Below are positions 23,213 to 36,002 of a stretch of DNA of 64,000 bases, one piece after another. Made by a program: the position numbers and the translations under genes. Source of the DNA: Lingula anatina (taxonomy: Eukaryota; Animalia; Brachiopoda); NCBI GenBank assembly GCA_051362555.1, contig CM120640.1:26994503-27058502 (forward strand), read 5' to 3'. The notes beneath the pieces were generated by a model. The model was not told the DNA's origin. It made no database searches and saw only the letters and a list, made by a program, of their open reading frames with translations. The stretch's first letter is position 1; each line of letters opens with the position of its first letter.

Positions 23213-24789
23213 CAAACAGACTGCATTGCCTACTGAAGCTGTATTTTAGTCCCAGGTTTCTTTCCTGTAAGTTTGAGAACAGTAAGTGACATGATTTTCC
23301 TTAAATGGTCATCATGGAAGCAGTGCCCAAAATAGGGGTTTCTTCAAATTTTGATGCAATATTACATAATGTTTAACAGCTTAATGACCATCAATTTTTA
23401 ATTATAAAATATTTGTATCACAGATATTCAGAAAATGTGACTAGTAAAGGTCTTCAGGCCCATGGAACTTCAAAGTCACACCTTGAAAATGCCAAAATGT
23501 AAACAAGACAGCACTGTTCTGAAATGGGTTTCTTTCCATTTTTAACACTTTTTTAACATAAAACAAAATAAACATTTTACTGCCATTTTTATATGACCAA
23601 CTAAGAAAATTGATGAGATGGGAAAACTATCAATAGAACAGTGTTAAATGTCCAATTTCCTTCATTCTGAGATTCTGAACATAGTGGATGATTGAATCTG
23701 ACAAACTGCAATGATATGAGTTTATTTCCATTTTTGACACTTTATTACACAATACATGATAACAAGTTTACCATGTTTTTTACATAATCAACTAACAATG
23801 TTGTAAAGATGCAGGAAATATCAAACAAACACTTTTAGGCATCTTATTAGTTAAATAATGAGACTGTTAACATGCCTAATAATTGAATCTGAAGACATGT
23901 GAAAAAACAGTATAACTTCTAAAATAATGGCCCGAATATGCTGATTTTCGAACTCATCCTGCGTTTTAGTAAGATTGACCACTCCTGTGAGTATAATTAC
24001 AATTGGCCAATCCGTTTTTCTTATATTGTGTTATCAGTGTTGCATTTATATTGAAAATAGTGAAAAAACAGCATAAATTCCCTAAAAATGGCCCAATCAT
24101 GCTGATTTTCGAACTTGACCTGCGTATTATGAATATTCATCAGTTCTGTAAGTTTCAAGTCAAAAGGTAAAATGGTTTTCTACTTATCGTGTTATCGGTG
24201 CTGCATATATGCTGAAAAAAGTGAAAAAACAGCATAAATTCCCTAAAAGTGACCCAATCATGCTGATTTTCGAACTCGACCTGCGTATTATGAATATTCA
24301 TCAGTTCTGTAAGTTTCAAGTCAAAAGGTAAAATGGTTTTCCACTTATCGTGTAACCGGTGCTGCATATATGCTGAAAAAAGTGAAAAAACAGCATAAAT
24401 TCCCTAAAAGTGACCCGATCATGCTGATTTTCGAACTTGACCTGCGTATTATGAATATTCATCAGTTCTGTAAGTTTCAAGTCAAAAGGTAAAATGGTTT
24501 TCCACTTATCGTGTTATCAGTGCTGCATATATGCTGAAAAAAGTGAAAAAACAGCATAAATTCCCTAAAAGTGACCCGATCATGCTGATTTTCGAACTTG
24601 ACCTGCGTATTATGAATATTCATCAGTTCTGCAAGTTTCAAGTCAAAAGGTAAAATGGTTTTCCACTTATTGTGTTATCGGTAAAAGTGCACGGCGACGA
24701 CGGTGCCGACGGCGACGGCGGCGACGACGGCGACGACAGACGCAGATGATGGCTATATATACAGACACATCTGTGTCTGTACATAAAAA
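22737..24789 (-). mobile_element. Apparently complete non-autonomous Helentron-like element (HINE), copy C, ~2.05 kb
   Basis: Read on the minus strand: T-run, subTIR ATGTACAGAC with its inverted partner (24755-24789), (GTC/GCC)n microsatellite (24690-24742), ~4-5 x 161 bp tandem repeats (gcataaatt at ~24071, 24232, 24393, 24553), ~365 bp duplicated units, 3' subTIR GTCTGTACAT (22759-22768), short hairpin GACAGC-TTT-GCTGCC and terminal CTTGTT. Confidence 0.82.
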
Positions 24790-25806
24790 TACATTAAAAC
24801 ATGAACATTAAAATAAATAAACTTTGTCAAAATATTTAGAATTTTTTCAATGGTGAAATTAATATGACTGGTTTAAGCATAACGAGCAGCAATCTGACAT
24901 TAAATTCAACCCCTAAACAATGCAGATAGACTTATCCAACACTTTTTTATTTCAGGTTGCCAGGACTGGCACAGCTGAAGGTGAAACCAAGCTCTGGCAG
25001 ACGTGCAAAATTTGCATACATTGACAGTGTTTATAAATAACAGCTTTTTTACATTGAGACTTGAAGTATAGATCTGAAAACAACACCAACAACAAACAAA
25101 ACAATAAAAGCTCATGTCTTAACTGTTTACTAGAACAATAAACTTCCAGCACATTTTCACAACATTGGTCAATAGCGTTTTTTTTTTTGGGGGGGGGGGG
25201 GGAATTGGTTAATAATTACGTATGTACAGTGAAAAGGAATCTGCTGGAATTGTCCACCAGAGAAATCCAAGCATTTCGTGGATTTATCTCTCAATTTCCC
25301 TCATCTGAATTTAGTAATGCTATGAATAATAATGTTGTAGCAAATTTAAAGCTTTCAGGAGTTGGTAGACCTTAAATGTGTGTCATATTGACTGTTTGTT
25401 GATTTTGAAACATCACATGTATATTACAAAAAATTCCTCCCACCAAAACCACTCTTCATTTTATTTTGAATGTTCCTGTGAACATCCCTGAATTGATTCT
25501 GGTGTCCTACTTGTGTCTGAAACAATTTATTAACAAGTTATCATGTCAGCCACAGTTAAGTGCCAGCCAGCAATCTCTTTTCCCATAAAAAGTGGAACTT
25601 TCACCTATTTATGCCAGAGCAGACCTTCTCCCGGTAAAAGGGCAGTTCGTTTTAACCCCAAGAAACCCTCTGGCTTTGGGCCTGAAGTGACTTGATTCCT
25701 ACTTGCATTCTGTCTATTGCATATGTAAGCTGAGCATTATCTCACACATGTTATTTTTAAGCTGATATTACAGGAGAATTGGAATCTTTTGACTATGTTG
25801 ACAGAC

Positions 25807-28800
25807 TTAATTTTTTTTCAACTTCTTCCTTGGAGGTTGTTCTATGTCTGAAAGTAACAAAAATGTCATTCAGTTGTGTCACAAACATTTCTGTTGGACT
25901 TTTTTAAGTGTTAATTATGTGTACTTGTAGCTATTGCGAAGAAGTTTGTCCAAGAAATTTTTCCAATCAATGTCCAAGCCGTTCTTTTAAGTATGTGTGC
26001 ATTTTCTGTGATGTAAATGGCTAATTATGAGTAAAAGAAAGAAAATGTTTAGATAATGTTGACAATTGCCATATACCTCCAGTGCTGGACTCCTCGACTG
26101 ACACTTGCTGGTCATGCTCTTGGTAATGCAAGGGAGGACAAGAAACTCTTTTCTCTTTGTAGTTCTACATAATAAAAAAGGAATGGTATCAGGAAAATGT
26201 TCACCTTGCTGGTGTTTGTTAAACACAATGTAACAATGAACCTCTTATTAATTCTTTTGTTACAGATGTGCTAGAAGAAAAATTATAAGAGTAATAAAAT
26301 GATTTTTACCGCAATAATTTGCTTGGCCTGTAACATCTCCTCTTCTCTACCTAAAGTTTCTAATGTTGGCAATATGTCGCTTTCAATCTTCTGGAATTCA
26401 AAGTCGTCTAATTCAAGACCTTCAGTAGGTGGCGCTTCATTCATCAGCTCCAGTAGGGGTATCATCTGCTGTCTGGTCTCTTCCAGGTACGATAATCTGT
26501 CCCCTGATGTATCATTATAAAAATATACTGTAAATGGATGCCCTATCAAGTTACTGAAGAATTGCAACAGATGGCTTGTAGAATGTAATCCAGTTCTCTT
26601 TAAAATTGGCCCTTCTTCACTACAGTTTATAGGCATTTTCAGTGTGATTTTAAACAAGTTGTTTTACTTGCTTCAGAAAGTAGAGGTTTTATTTTTAAGA
26701 CCATACATTATCTTACAATAAACGAGACTTATGCTATTTAATATTCAATGTACAAGCTTTATATTGATAAAAATTGTGATCTTTCATTTTTTTTTTTTTT
26801 TTTTTGATTAGACAAAAAATTCCAGTTACATGCACCTTCAGCTTCTTCTTTCCTCTTTGACATGAGCTGCAATATGTATGCTCTGAAAATCATAAAGCGC
26901 ATTCGATATCCCTGGTAGATGGAAGTATATTTTAGACCCATTTCCAGAGCATCAGTTGCCCACTTCAGAGCAATGGCAAACATATCTCTGCTGGACACGG
27001 ACCCTTCTGATTCCTGGAAAAACAGATTTATTTGCTTTGTGAAATAGCATGTCAATCTGATACTAATATAAAGTACAAGTATCATTGAAACTGATAGAAA
27101 ACTGTAAGGAGAGATGTCATTAACAAAATTGCCATTGTTTGAATACAAATAAAATATTTTTTAAATTCTTTAGTGGAATAACAACAATACAATGTAAATG
27201 TAGAAGTTGAATATGTTTTCAAGAACACCTATAATTACAGCACTCTGCCCTTAACCTATAAATCTAACCTTTTCACCATGTATGGCTCTCTCCATGTGGA
27301 GTTGTGCATACGTTTTCATGTGGAGGGCTAAATTAAAGTTTCTAACATTCCATTTACTGTTCAATTCAATTGCTTTCTTGTAGAAATCTGCAGCTCTCTG
27401 CCAATGTTCCATTGCTGCTTTCTGATCACTGTAATTTCGATAATGCTGGTAAATACCATGTTCTGCTGTGGCTATATTGACCAAGAACTGTGGGATATCA
27501 TGATGATTTTTTACTTCTTTGCTAAGAATATCATAACTTTCAGTGTGGAGTTTTAAAGCTGTGGTCTGGGACTCCAAGGTTTGCTCATCAAAATATGCAG
27601 ATGCCAGCAAACTGATGGCTCTTGCTATATGAGCTTGTGATTTGCCACCGAATCGTTTGAAAATGTCTACTGATTCAGCCAAAGCCTGTTTTGCCTTTTG
27701 TGTGTTCTTGAAGTAGTGAAGTTGCAATTTGCCTTCAATGAATCGAAAGAAAGCATACAGCAACAATGATGCTGTGTTTCCTTCACCCTCTGCATGGATT
27801 TTCTCAACTTCAGCTTTGATGTCATCTAAGCTCTCTATCACACAACTATATTTGTCCAAATCTGTTGCACTTGATGCTTTCCACAGTGTCATGAAGCAGT
27901 ATGTCTTCCTATGGTTTTTCTTCTTTGCTTCTTCAGCCTGCTGGTCAAAGAACATAAACCGTTTCAAGGTTACCTCAAATGTTTCCATTATCATATACTG
28001 ATAAAAGAGTTCCATGAACTGTTTTTTATCTGAGATTTCATAAATATTTCTGTAGGATGGAGATAAAACAAAAAATGTATTCAAGTAAACTAAATTCTTC
28101 TGTATTTCTGCATTCAGTGCAACATATCCAGTTTTACGTGCCATTTTAGCAAATTGGCAGAGTTTTCTTTCACAAAACTGTACAATATTTGCTCTTGATT
28201 GTTTTCCCTCTGGATAAAGGTCCTTTTCTGCTGGATCCCAGGCTCTTTGATCAGCAAAATCTTGCACCAATGGATGAAGATAATATCGTAACTCTCTCCT
28301 CCGGTTCCCATAGTACATAATGGGGACCAACTCTTCCTTAAAGCTGCTGTCATAATCATCAACCTCTACTAGATGGTGACACTTGAGAATATGAAGGTCT
28401 AGTTGCACATCATAATCATGGATGTTGTTCCCTCCCATAATGGCCTTTGCAGCATCAAAATCAAAACTTCCGCTGAATACAGACAGGCGGACCAAGCACT
28501 TTTGCAAGCGGGCATGTAAGGCTGAAAACATTTCTTCCAAGCAACAATTCACAAGCTGAAGAATTTCCAATTTTGACCCACTGTATTTGTGCAACCTTTT
28601 GATCATCTCTGCTGGGGCAACTTCACCACACTGCATTTCACCACTTATTATCTTCAGTGCCTGAGGACTACAGCCACATTTTTTGGCCAGCTTTCTACAC
28701 TCTTTGTCAGTCATCTTAACCTGTATTTAAATGAAAATTTGAAGCATGAATTCAATTTAAATGCTGTGTCAAAACAAAAACACAATGTTATCACTGATAA

Positions 28801-29529
28801 TTTGTTTAATTCTTGAAGAAAAAGCATGAAACTTCAACATCAATAATCAAATAAATAAATATCACACACATATCCAAACTATAACTTTTCAGTTATACTG
28901 TGCCACTCTGTTCCCAAAATACGTGACTGTTCTCAACTTAATGCATGCAACATTTTTTTTTACAAATCCACATTGCACATCTCAGTTTATACCTTTGGGG
29001 TACATTGCCTGAGCAATTTCATAGCATCTGGTAGATCTAAAGGCTGTAACTCAAACTCCTGTAGTTGGCCTTCAAATCTTGACACCTGAATGTGGTTGAT
29101 AATGGCTTGCTGTGAATCCAGCTCATTCTCAATAATCAGCTTCTCACGGGTTGTCATTATAACCTTGAACTAAAGCAATATACAAAAATCATCAATGTTT
29201 TTATTTCATCAATCTTGGCACATAATAACATTTGAAAATAACATTACTTGATTTTAATTGGGCAGTATTAATACTGTGAAGAGAGTGTATTGTGAAGCAA
29301 AGTACCTTTGTGTTTTTGATTTGTTTCAAGAGGTTGTCAATAGCATGCAGAAATGGTCCTTTAGATTTCTTCATTAGCTCATCACAGTCATCAAGAAAGA
29401 GAATGGTCTCTGTAAAAACAGATTTCAAATGTGATTGATTGATTTCATATAGTACAAATTTAAATAGACTAGTCCTGTAGGTAACTGTGAAATATGTTTC
29501 TAGCTCTTCAACCTCCACCTCCTCCCAAA

Positions 29530-29560
<31 letters not shown>

Positions 29561-30771
29561 ACTAGCCCTTTTTCCATATAAAAAAAATGTTTTAATAAAA
29601 GTATCAAATTTGTAACAGACAAACTTGATTACCTCTTGTTTCCATTTGAATAATACTATACAGTTTACTAGCCATGTCTTCTTCACTGTAGAATGTCATG
29701 CTAAGACCCGTTATGCCCTCTGTATCCCCTGCTTTAGTTGTCAAAACCTGCAGCACATTTCCCAAAAACTCTTTCACAGTTTCTTTGGATCTACAAAAAA
29801 GTTGTTCTTAGACGGTTAAAAAAATATATATATTTTTAATAAACAAAAGTTTTGATAAAAGTTTTGCATGACTAATTTAAATGTTTTTAAAGTCAATATC
29901 CATACTCACCTGAGTTCTACTTTCTTGATTCTACATTTCATTTGCCAGCATATTTCGGTTGCTAAACTTGATTTTCCAATACCACCAAAACCACAAATAC
30001 ACACAGCTGAAAGTAGAATAATTCTGTTATTGCAACTTTCTGTAATGTACTGTATTTACATACAGGCGTATTACTAGTAGGTCCTAAAATATTTCAAAGT
30101 TGACAAACAATAAAGGTAATTTACTGAACCTCCAGTACTTTTCTCACTTTAGAACCTGCAGTTTTATTCTATGCAATTACTGATAAATTTGAGACAGTTT
30201 TACCCCTCAAAATGGTTGCTACATGTGCTAGTATTGCCATTAAAATTGGGGGTAGTGTAAATAAAGAAATTGTATTGTAGAAGTGTTGATTGTTGTTGTT
30301 TGACCTATGTGTCCATGAGCTTGCCAGAAACAGCAAGTGACAAAACTTCATACCTTTGGTTTTATTAGTTTCTTCATTCATTATCAAACTTCCAATAATA
30401 TTGTCAACATAACCCCCTCTTCCAACAAACAGTTTATCCCTCTTCACTCTTTCAGTCTCAAGTTGCTTTTGATATTCATCCAATAAATTGCTGAATGCAA
30501 CACTGCCAAGATCCACGTGAATTCTTAAGACATTTACAAAGTCCTTCAAAAGTTCAACAAAGTCCTCTTCATCTGCAAACTGGTTGTATAAAGAACTAAG
30601 GAAAGAAGAGGCAGTGTGTGTTTTGTAATATTCTTTCCCCAGCCTATCCTTTGCAAGTACTTTCAACTTCTCTAAATCATCGTCTTGTAAGTGTTCACTT
30701 AATTCGTACAACAGTTCCCGAAGTGGGTAGACCTTTGTGGTGCCAAAACCTACTGACATGCTAGTTGACAT
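25807..30771 (-). CDS. NLR-like STAND ATPase: N-terminal death-fold (DED-like) domain, NB-ARC, TPR-like repeats, C-terminal basic NLS-like motif (~965 aa, 10 coding exons)
   Basis: Exons approx. 30771-30354, 30006-29910, 29790-29633, 29409-29306, 29163-28993, 28720-27269, 27013-26836, 26503-26310, 26164-26077 and 25847-25807 splice in frame. Motifs: LRELLYELSEHLQDDDLEKLKVLA (DED start), LFVGR, Walker A GFGGIGKS, Walker B ILFLDDCD, sensor-1 VIMTTRE, LQPLDLPDAMKLL, GxP-like CGCSPQALKII, winged-helix RLSVFSGSFD, MHD-like YYLHPLVQDF, then Ala/Tyr-patterned TPR helices. Confidence 0.85.
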
Positions 30772-31523
30772 TTTCTTGGCCTAAAATCCCCGATTACTGA
30801 GCTTCATTTGGACAGTACACAATATGAACCAGTAACCAGGAAGTTTTTGTTTTAATGGGAAATAGTTGGTCGCCGATACAGTGGCAGCGCAAGCTGGGAT
30901 GCAAACGTGGCTGCATGGATATCATTGAAATTGTAACGTTAAAAATACAAATATATAAATTATTAGTATCAGTTTTAACACAATACAAATAAAATACACA
31001 CGCAATAAATAAATAAATAGATAAATAAATAAATACCCTGCGAGCAGGAAAAAAAAAGCAGATCATATGCCTGTGCTAGTGTACCGTGCCCCTTATGCTA
31101 GTGTCATTTTTCAGGAAGTAATGTGGTATCACTTTAGGTTGAACTGTTTGAAACTATATAGGGCCCTACATGATAGCATTTTGTCAAGTTAAGTGGAAAT
31201 GATAAAATAAAAGAATTCTCTAAATATGCATCTAAACTTGTAGGCCTATTGTGAGAAGTTTTAACAAAATAATTATAAATGTTTAAAACCCCTTTTCAAA
31301 TAGTTAAAAATAGGATGGCTGAAGTAACTGAAAAGTTTGAACAACACAATCAGCAAGGAGGGGCAATTAGGCCAAAAAGACGGGGGTGAAAAGATCACTG
31401 ATATATGCCTTACATGCAGTCATTCGAAGATTTTAAGGTATTGTAATGAAATTTGGATTAATTTAGAAAAAAAGTGTTTTTAATAAATGCTGATATTTTG
31501 ATAAACCACCCTTGTTTGTTTTG

Positions 31524-31586
31524 GCACACACACACACCCACGCGCGCGCGCACGCACGCACGCACACACACACACACACACACACG
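31524..31586. repeat. Compound (CA)n/(CG)n/(GCAC)n microsatellite
   Basis: Directly visible. Confidence 0.9.
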
Positions 31587-33226
31587 AACATCTTCGGATC
31601 AAGTAAGAAAGAATATAAAAGACAAGTGAAGAATGCTTAATTTAAATCATTTTTTCTAATTACATCACATAAAGAGTGATGTACTTTTTGTGCACCCTGC
31701 ATCGTCAAAAATGGATGAACAGTCCTATTAGCCTATTTTACGTTAGGAAGCGACCCAATATTGTATCCCCAAAAGTAGTTTTACTCATTTGCGATGATAA
31801 TTTCACAAACGCTATGCACATTCTAGAAGAAAAGGGAGCGCTGAATGTAAGACAACCAGCTATTACACCACAATAAATATTCTTGCTTGTCACATTAGAT
31901 AGAATACTGAATGCAAAACCGACTGAAATAGGAGAAAAAAGCGAATTTGTATGCATTAATTAATTTACAGTCAACCTGCAGGCAAAACATTTGAACCTGG
32001 AAGCACTGTATATACTTCCATGATTTGATGGAGGAAAATGCTTACTCATCAAATCCGCTTAAGGCTGCCTTTTTCATTTACATATTTTTATGGGTCATTT
32101 TTTTTTTGCAAAGTGCAGTGTTGGTGTGTATGTGTATGCTTGTAAATGAGCTTGCATTAAATATTGCTTGTCGACACTCATCAAATAGCAGACGAGTAGG
32201 AATCAAATTAAAAATTATCCGAGGAACCGATGTGAAAAAGCTAAGAGCTAGCCCCTCTAATAGCTAATACACCTATGAAAAGTAACCAACCATCACTATA
32301 GTGCTCTAACCTCTAAGTTACAATATGCAGACCTATATGGGTTTTTGAGGTTACCTCTGGCTTAAGACAAATAATGTTTTTCACATCACGTAAATTGTTG
32401 TTTTTGAGCGCTTCCAATTTAGCACTTCGCAAGACGTAATGCACATTTTATACGCAAGAACAGTGAATTAAATGATGTGACAGTAGGGATATCTAAGACG
32501 GTAAAAAAAATCCGGGAACAGTCTCTTTAAAACCCTCGAGCGATTACCCGAGGCTTGTTAGTAGTTTTATATGGGTGTTTTTATCACTTTAGAAACAACT
32601 TTTCCACACAGTACCGTTATATTTTTGTAAGTGAAGGTGCCTTATATTGGTGTATCATCAAAACGGGGGAAAACAAAAGGTAAATGGCAATTTTCAGTAA
32701 TTTTTCTTGTTAACTTGTTGGAAATGCCTTTTTAATAACTGTATTTCTTTGTAAGGTGGCCAGTTTGTTTCATTTGAATTGTAAGCTCACTTTCACTGAC
32801 TACAAAGCTTGTTTTGTGTAAGGAATGAAATACTGTTAAGTCATATGTGAAAATAGTTACAGTGGATCTCAGTTTTGATAGACAGAAAGTTTTCATTTAT
32901 GATAGATCCAGATATTTGAGCTATCATAAATGACTGTTTCTTGTGATAATGTTCAGTCCCACAGTGAATTCACGCATATTGTTATCTTCCTGTCTGTGGT
33001 CTTAATGTCTATGTTAATGAGAGAGAAGTATTTTTATTTCCATTCCTCGCCGCGTGAAATACGTGCTCTTCCTCTTCTATATCGCGTAGCTTCTTAGAAG
33101 AAAACATCTTCTTGTGGTGGACAGCAATCAAGGACTTTGTAAGATCCATTATTGTAAGTTACTACTGTACGGTCTTATTTGCATCATACCTTTAAACTTC
33201 CTACCTGAGTAAATGACGCACGTATG

Positions 33227-33227
<1 letters not shown>

Positions 33228-33273
<46 letters not shown>
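33228..33273. repeat. (TAT)n microsatellite upstream of the GT92 acceptor site
   Basis: Directly visible. Confidence 0.9.
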
Positions 33274-33274
<1 letters not shown>

Positions 33275-33380
33275 GCATATTTTCTTGTATTTTCACCATT
33301 GTTATCATTTATAGTGTTTCTGTTTAACTGATCAGTTATCCAATATTTTTTTCAGACATATTGTCTAATACAAACCAAAA

Positions 33381-34781
33381 ATGAGACCGCCACTGGTGAT
33401 ATTTGGTCTATTGCTGTTGGGTCTCGTATTTTACCTCGTACTTTACAGAGAGGAACTGAAAGGCGGACTTCCTCACTTAAAACAACTGCTAATTATAACA
33501 GAGAAAACACCATTTCTAACACCAAAACTTGAAAGACACGACAGAAACATAACAATAATGAAATGGCTGAATCCAAAAATGTTCACTGAAATCTATGTTC
33601 TGTCAGCGTATTATGACGACAGACCGACGCTAGACCCGAAAACGAAACCGGTTGTGCGCATAATCGGAGTAGCAGATAAAGGAACCATTGAGGACAGAGG
33701 CGAAAAGCTGTTCTGTATAGTATGGCATGACGTTTCGCACAACGACAGTGTCTTGATAGAAATGGAAGTGACTCACCTCGGATCTGGCGCATATAGCCAT
33801 GGTAGATACTTTCGCCAGTACATATTTATTTGCCCATTAACTAATATTACCATTATTAAACCGTCTACTGTCTCAGTGACAGACGGTTTATTCCATAAAC
33901 AATTTGATTGGAAACTCATGAAAAAAGTTTTTCCCAGGATTCCAGTAAGGTATCCAGAGAAACCCACAAAAAAGATGGATTTCGGCCAATGCACAAGTAT
34001 AACATATTGGACAGTAGATCCATACCGCGTTGTGGAGTGGGCAGAGCTGCATAGGATTTGGGGAGTGAAAGAGATGAACATATACGGTAGCATGGTTAGT
34101 GAAAAAACGGAGAAAGTGTTCAGACATTACCATCAGGAGGGTTTCCTCACGTACACGATTGTAGAAAGGCCAATGAATCAAACCGATGAGGCGATATTTT
34201 TTCTCATGTCATCACCGGTGATAAATGACTGCATATACAGAAATATGTACCGATATAATAAGATTATAGTAGTGGATTTGGATGAAATGATCGTGCCTCG
34301 TGGGAATCTGTCAAATTATCCCCAGCTTTTAGATGCGATAGAATCGTCAGTTGAAACCAGGCATCCATATCGTATGTATAATTTCCGAAACCTATACTTT
34401 TTTTTCGAATTACCTCAAAATGAGAAATATCCAATACAACTGAGAACGCTGCGACAAATTGGTCGTTTGAGGGATATAACTCCCTATGGGACTGCAACTA
34501 AAAGCATAATAGATCCCATGGCATGCACAAATATGCACAATCATTTCTGTTGGCGCTTGACAAAACTGAGTGATACCCATGGCCATTCCATTGACGTGCA
34601 TCCCGGTTTTGGTTTAAATCAACACTACAAAAAGTGTCATTTTGATCAGTATATGGTGACATATAATTTACCACCTTGTAAAGAAGCCCTGAAAAATTTC
34701 TCGGTCGATTATACCATGCTTCATTATAAGGACCTGCTTCTACCCAATGTCGAATCACAATGGATTAAATTGGGGCTGTGA
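33381..34781 (+). CDS. Glycosyltransferase family 92 (DUF23 / GALT-1-like beta-1,4-galactosyltransferase-like), 466 aa type II membrane protein, single coding exon
   Basis: Short cytosolic N-terminus plus TM helix, YVLSAYYDDR, EWAELHRIWGV..MNIY, INDCIYR, DxD motif VVDLDEMIVP, KSIIDP..C..MHNH and terminal HY motif typical of GT92. A splice acceptor (ttttcag, ~33355) lies just upstream in the 5' UTR. Confidence 0.88.
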   Translation: MRPPLVIFGLLLLGLVFYLVLYREELKGGLPHLKQLLIITEKTPFLTPKLERHDRNITIMKWLNPKMFTEIYVLSAYYDDRPTLDPKTKPVVRIIGVADKGTIEDRGEKLFCIVWHDVSHNDSVLIEMEVTHLGSGAYSHGRYFRQYIFICPLTNITIIKPSTVSVTDGLFHKQFDWKLMKKVFPRIPVRYPEKPTKKMDFGQCTSITYWTVDPYRVVEWAELHRIWGVKEMNIYGSMVSEKTEKVFRHYHQEGFLTYTIVERPMNQTDEAIFFLMSSPVINDCIYRNMYRYNKIIVVDLDEMIVPRGNLSNYPQLLDAIESSVETRHPYRMYNFRNLYFFFELPQNEKYPIQLRTLRQIGRLRDITPYGTATKSIIDPMACTNMHNHFCWRLTKLSDTHGHSIDVHPGFGLNQHYKKCHFDQYMVTYNLPPCKEALKNFSVDYTMLHYKDLLLPNVESQWIKLGL

Positions 34782-36002
34782 ATCAATTGAATAGTTTTTT
34801 CTTTGATCAGGTACCTTAAAGATTTAAGTGTGATATTCCATTCACGTCCAATCAACAGTTAGTTCCCAACTGAATTAAAACAATAGTTAACAAAATGGGA
34901 CCAGATGCTGCGGCAAGTTGTTCGATTTATGAAATATGTATTTGATGTATTTTTCAAGAGTCGTTTAATCTTGGAAGATTATAGAAGTCTTAATATCACC
35001 CCGTCTGCCTCCCTCTACCAGGGCGACAGATTGATTTTCAACAGATATTCACAGATATGTCTCTAGATAAAAAGACGGTCATTTTGGTCTGTTGTTCCCG
35101 TTCACTACCCTCTGAAATCAGGGGTCTCTAAAATGGTAAACGAAATAAGTATTAAATATATTCGATTCAAAAATAATTTTGTAACAAATTACTATCGGAT
35201 CCTATGGTCAAAGTGTACCCGCCCGCAAGCCTGAATCAAAAAGTAATCTCACATTTGCTACATGTGCCACGTTAAAGTAACTGGTTAATCAATACGTGTT
35301 TAATCAATTATCGACGAAATGACTGGTGCCTAAATGTGTTCTCAGATGGGCCTACCACTCTCACGCTTATATTTATCAATATGATTAATTTCTAAAAAAA
35401 TATCAGGTTCATTGTAAATTAGTTCGGCAAAAAGTAGCTAAAATCACACTTAAACTCTGGGAATTTTATCAAAAATTAAAAGTAAAAAGAGAACAGGTTT
35501 TTATTTATTTTATCTAATTACCATCCGCCAATTAATTATCTCAAAAACGAAGGCCCTATTTATAAAAATATATCCCGTGTAGGGAAGGATTGTAAAGCTG
35601 CACCCTTGAAGACTAATCGATGGTGACCTTTTGGTACTGATTACCAACAATGTAATAATAAACCCAAAAGAAAAATAACAAACTTAACAAATTTAAGTAA
35701 AGATTTTGTATTTCTACGTATACAAGTGGAGTTGGCCAAATGTCTTGTGCGTGTTGATTTATTGAAACAATATTCGTGGATATATATGTTCAATTGGCAC
35801 CTCAATGAATCTAAAACCCTAGATAAAAGATTTGTGTCATTTTCTACTGTTAGCCGCAGAAACTTCCTAATTTACAAAATGGAATAATGACAAAACACAA
35901 GTTTTAAGTGGCATATTTTTATTCTAAACGGCATACAAATCCATTAATCACAAATCACTTAGAAGACCTCCAGTGTTGGTACTTTTAGGGGAATTGCCTT
36001 TG

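Noticed and set aside
25915-25985. Alternative terminal exon of the NLR-like gene (NGLDIDWKNFLDKLLRNSYK)
   Set aside because: Weak acceptor, and out of phase with the preceding exon; unsupported without transcript data.
32060-32530. Kolobok-like element ending in CTCTTTAA
   Set aside because: Only one plausible terminus found; no matching left TIR.
27729-34758. Antisense and alternate-frame ORFs overlapping the NLR-like and GT92 exons (27729-28001, 28114-28362, 33583-34758)
   Set aside because: Shadow ORFs of real coding exons with no independent motifs.
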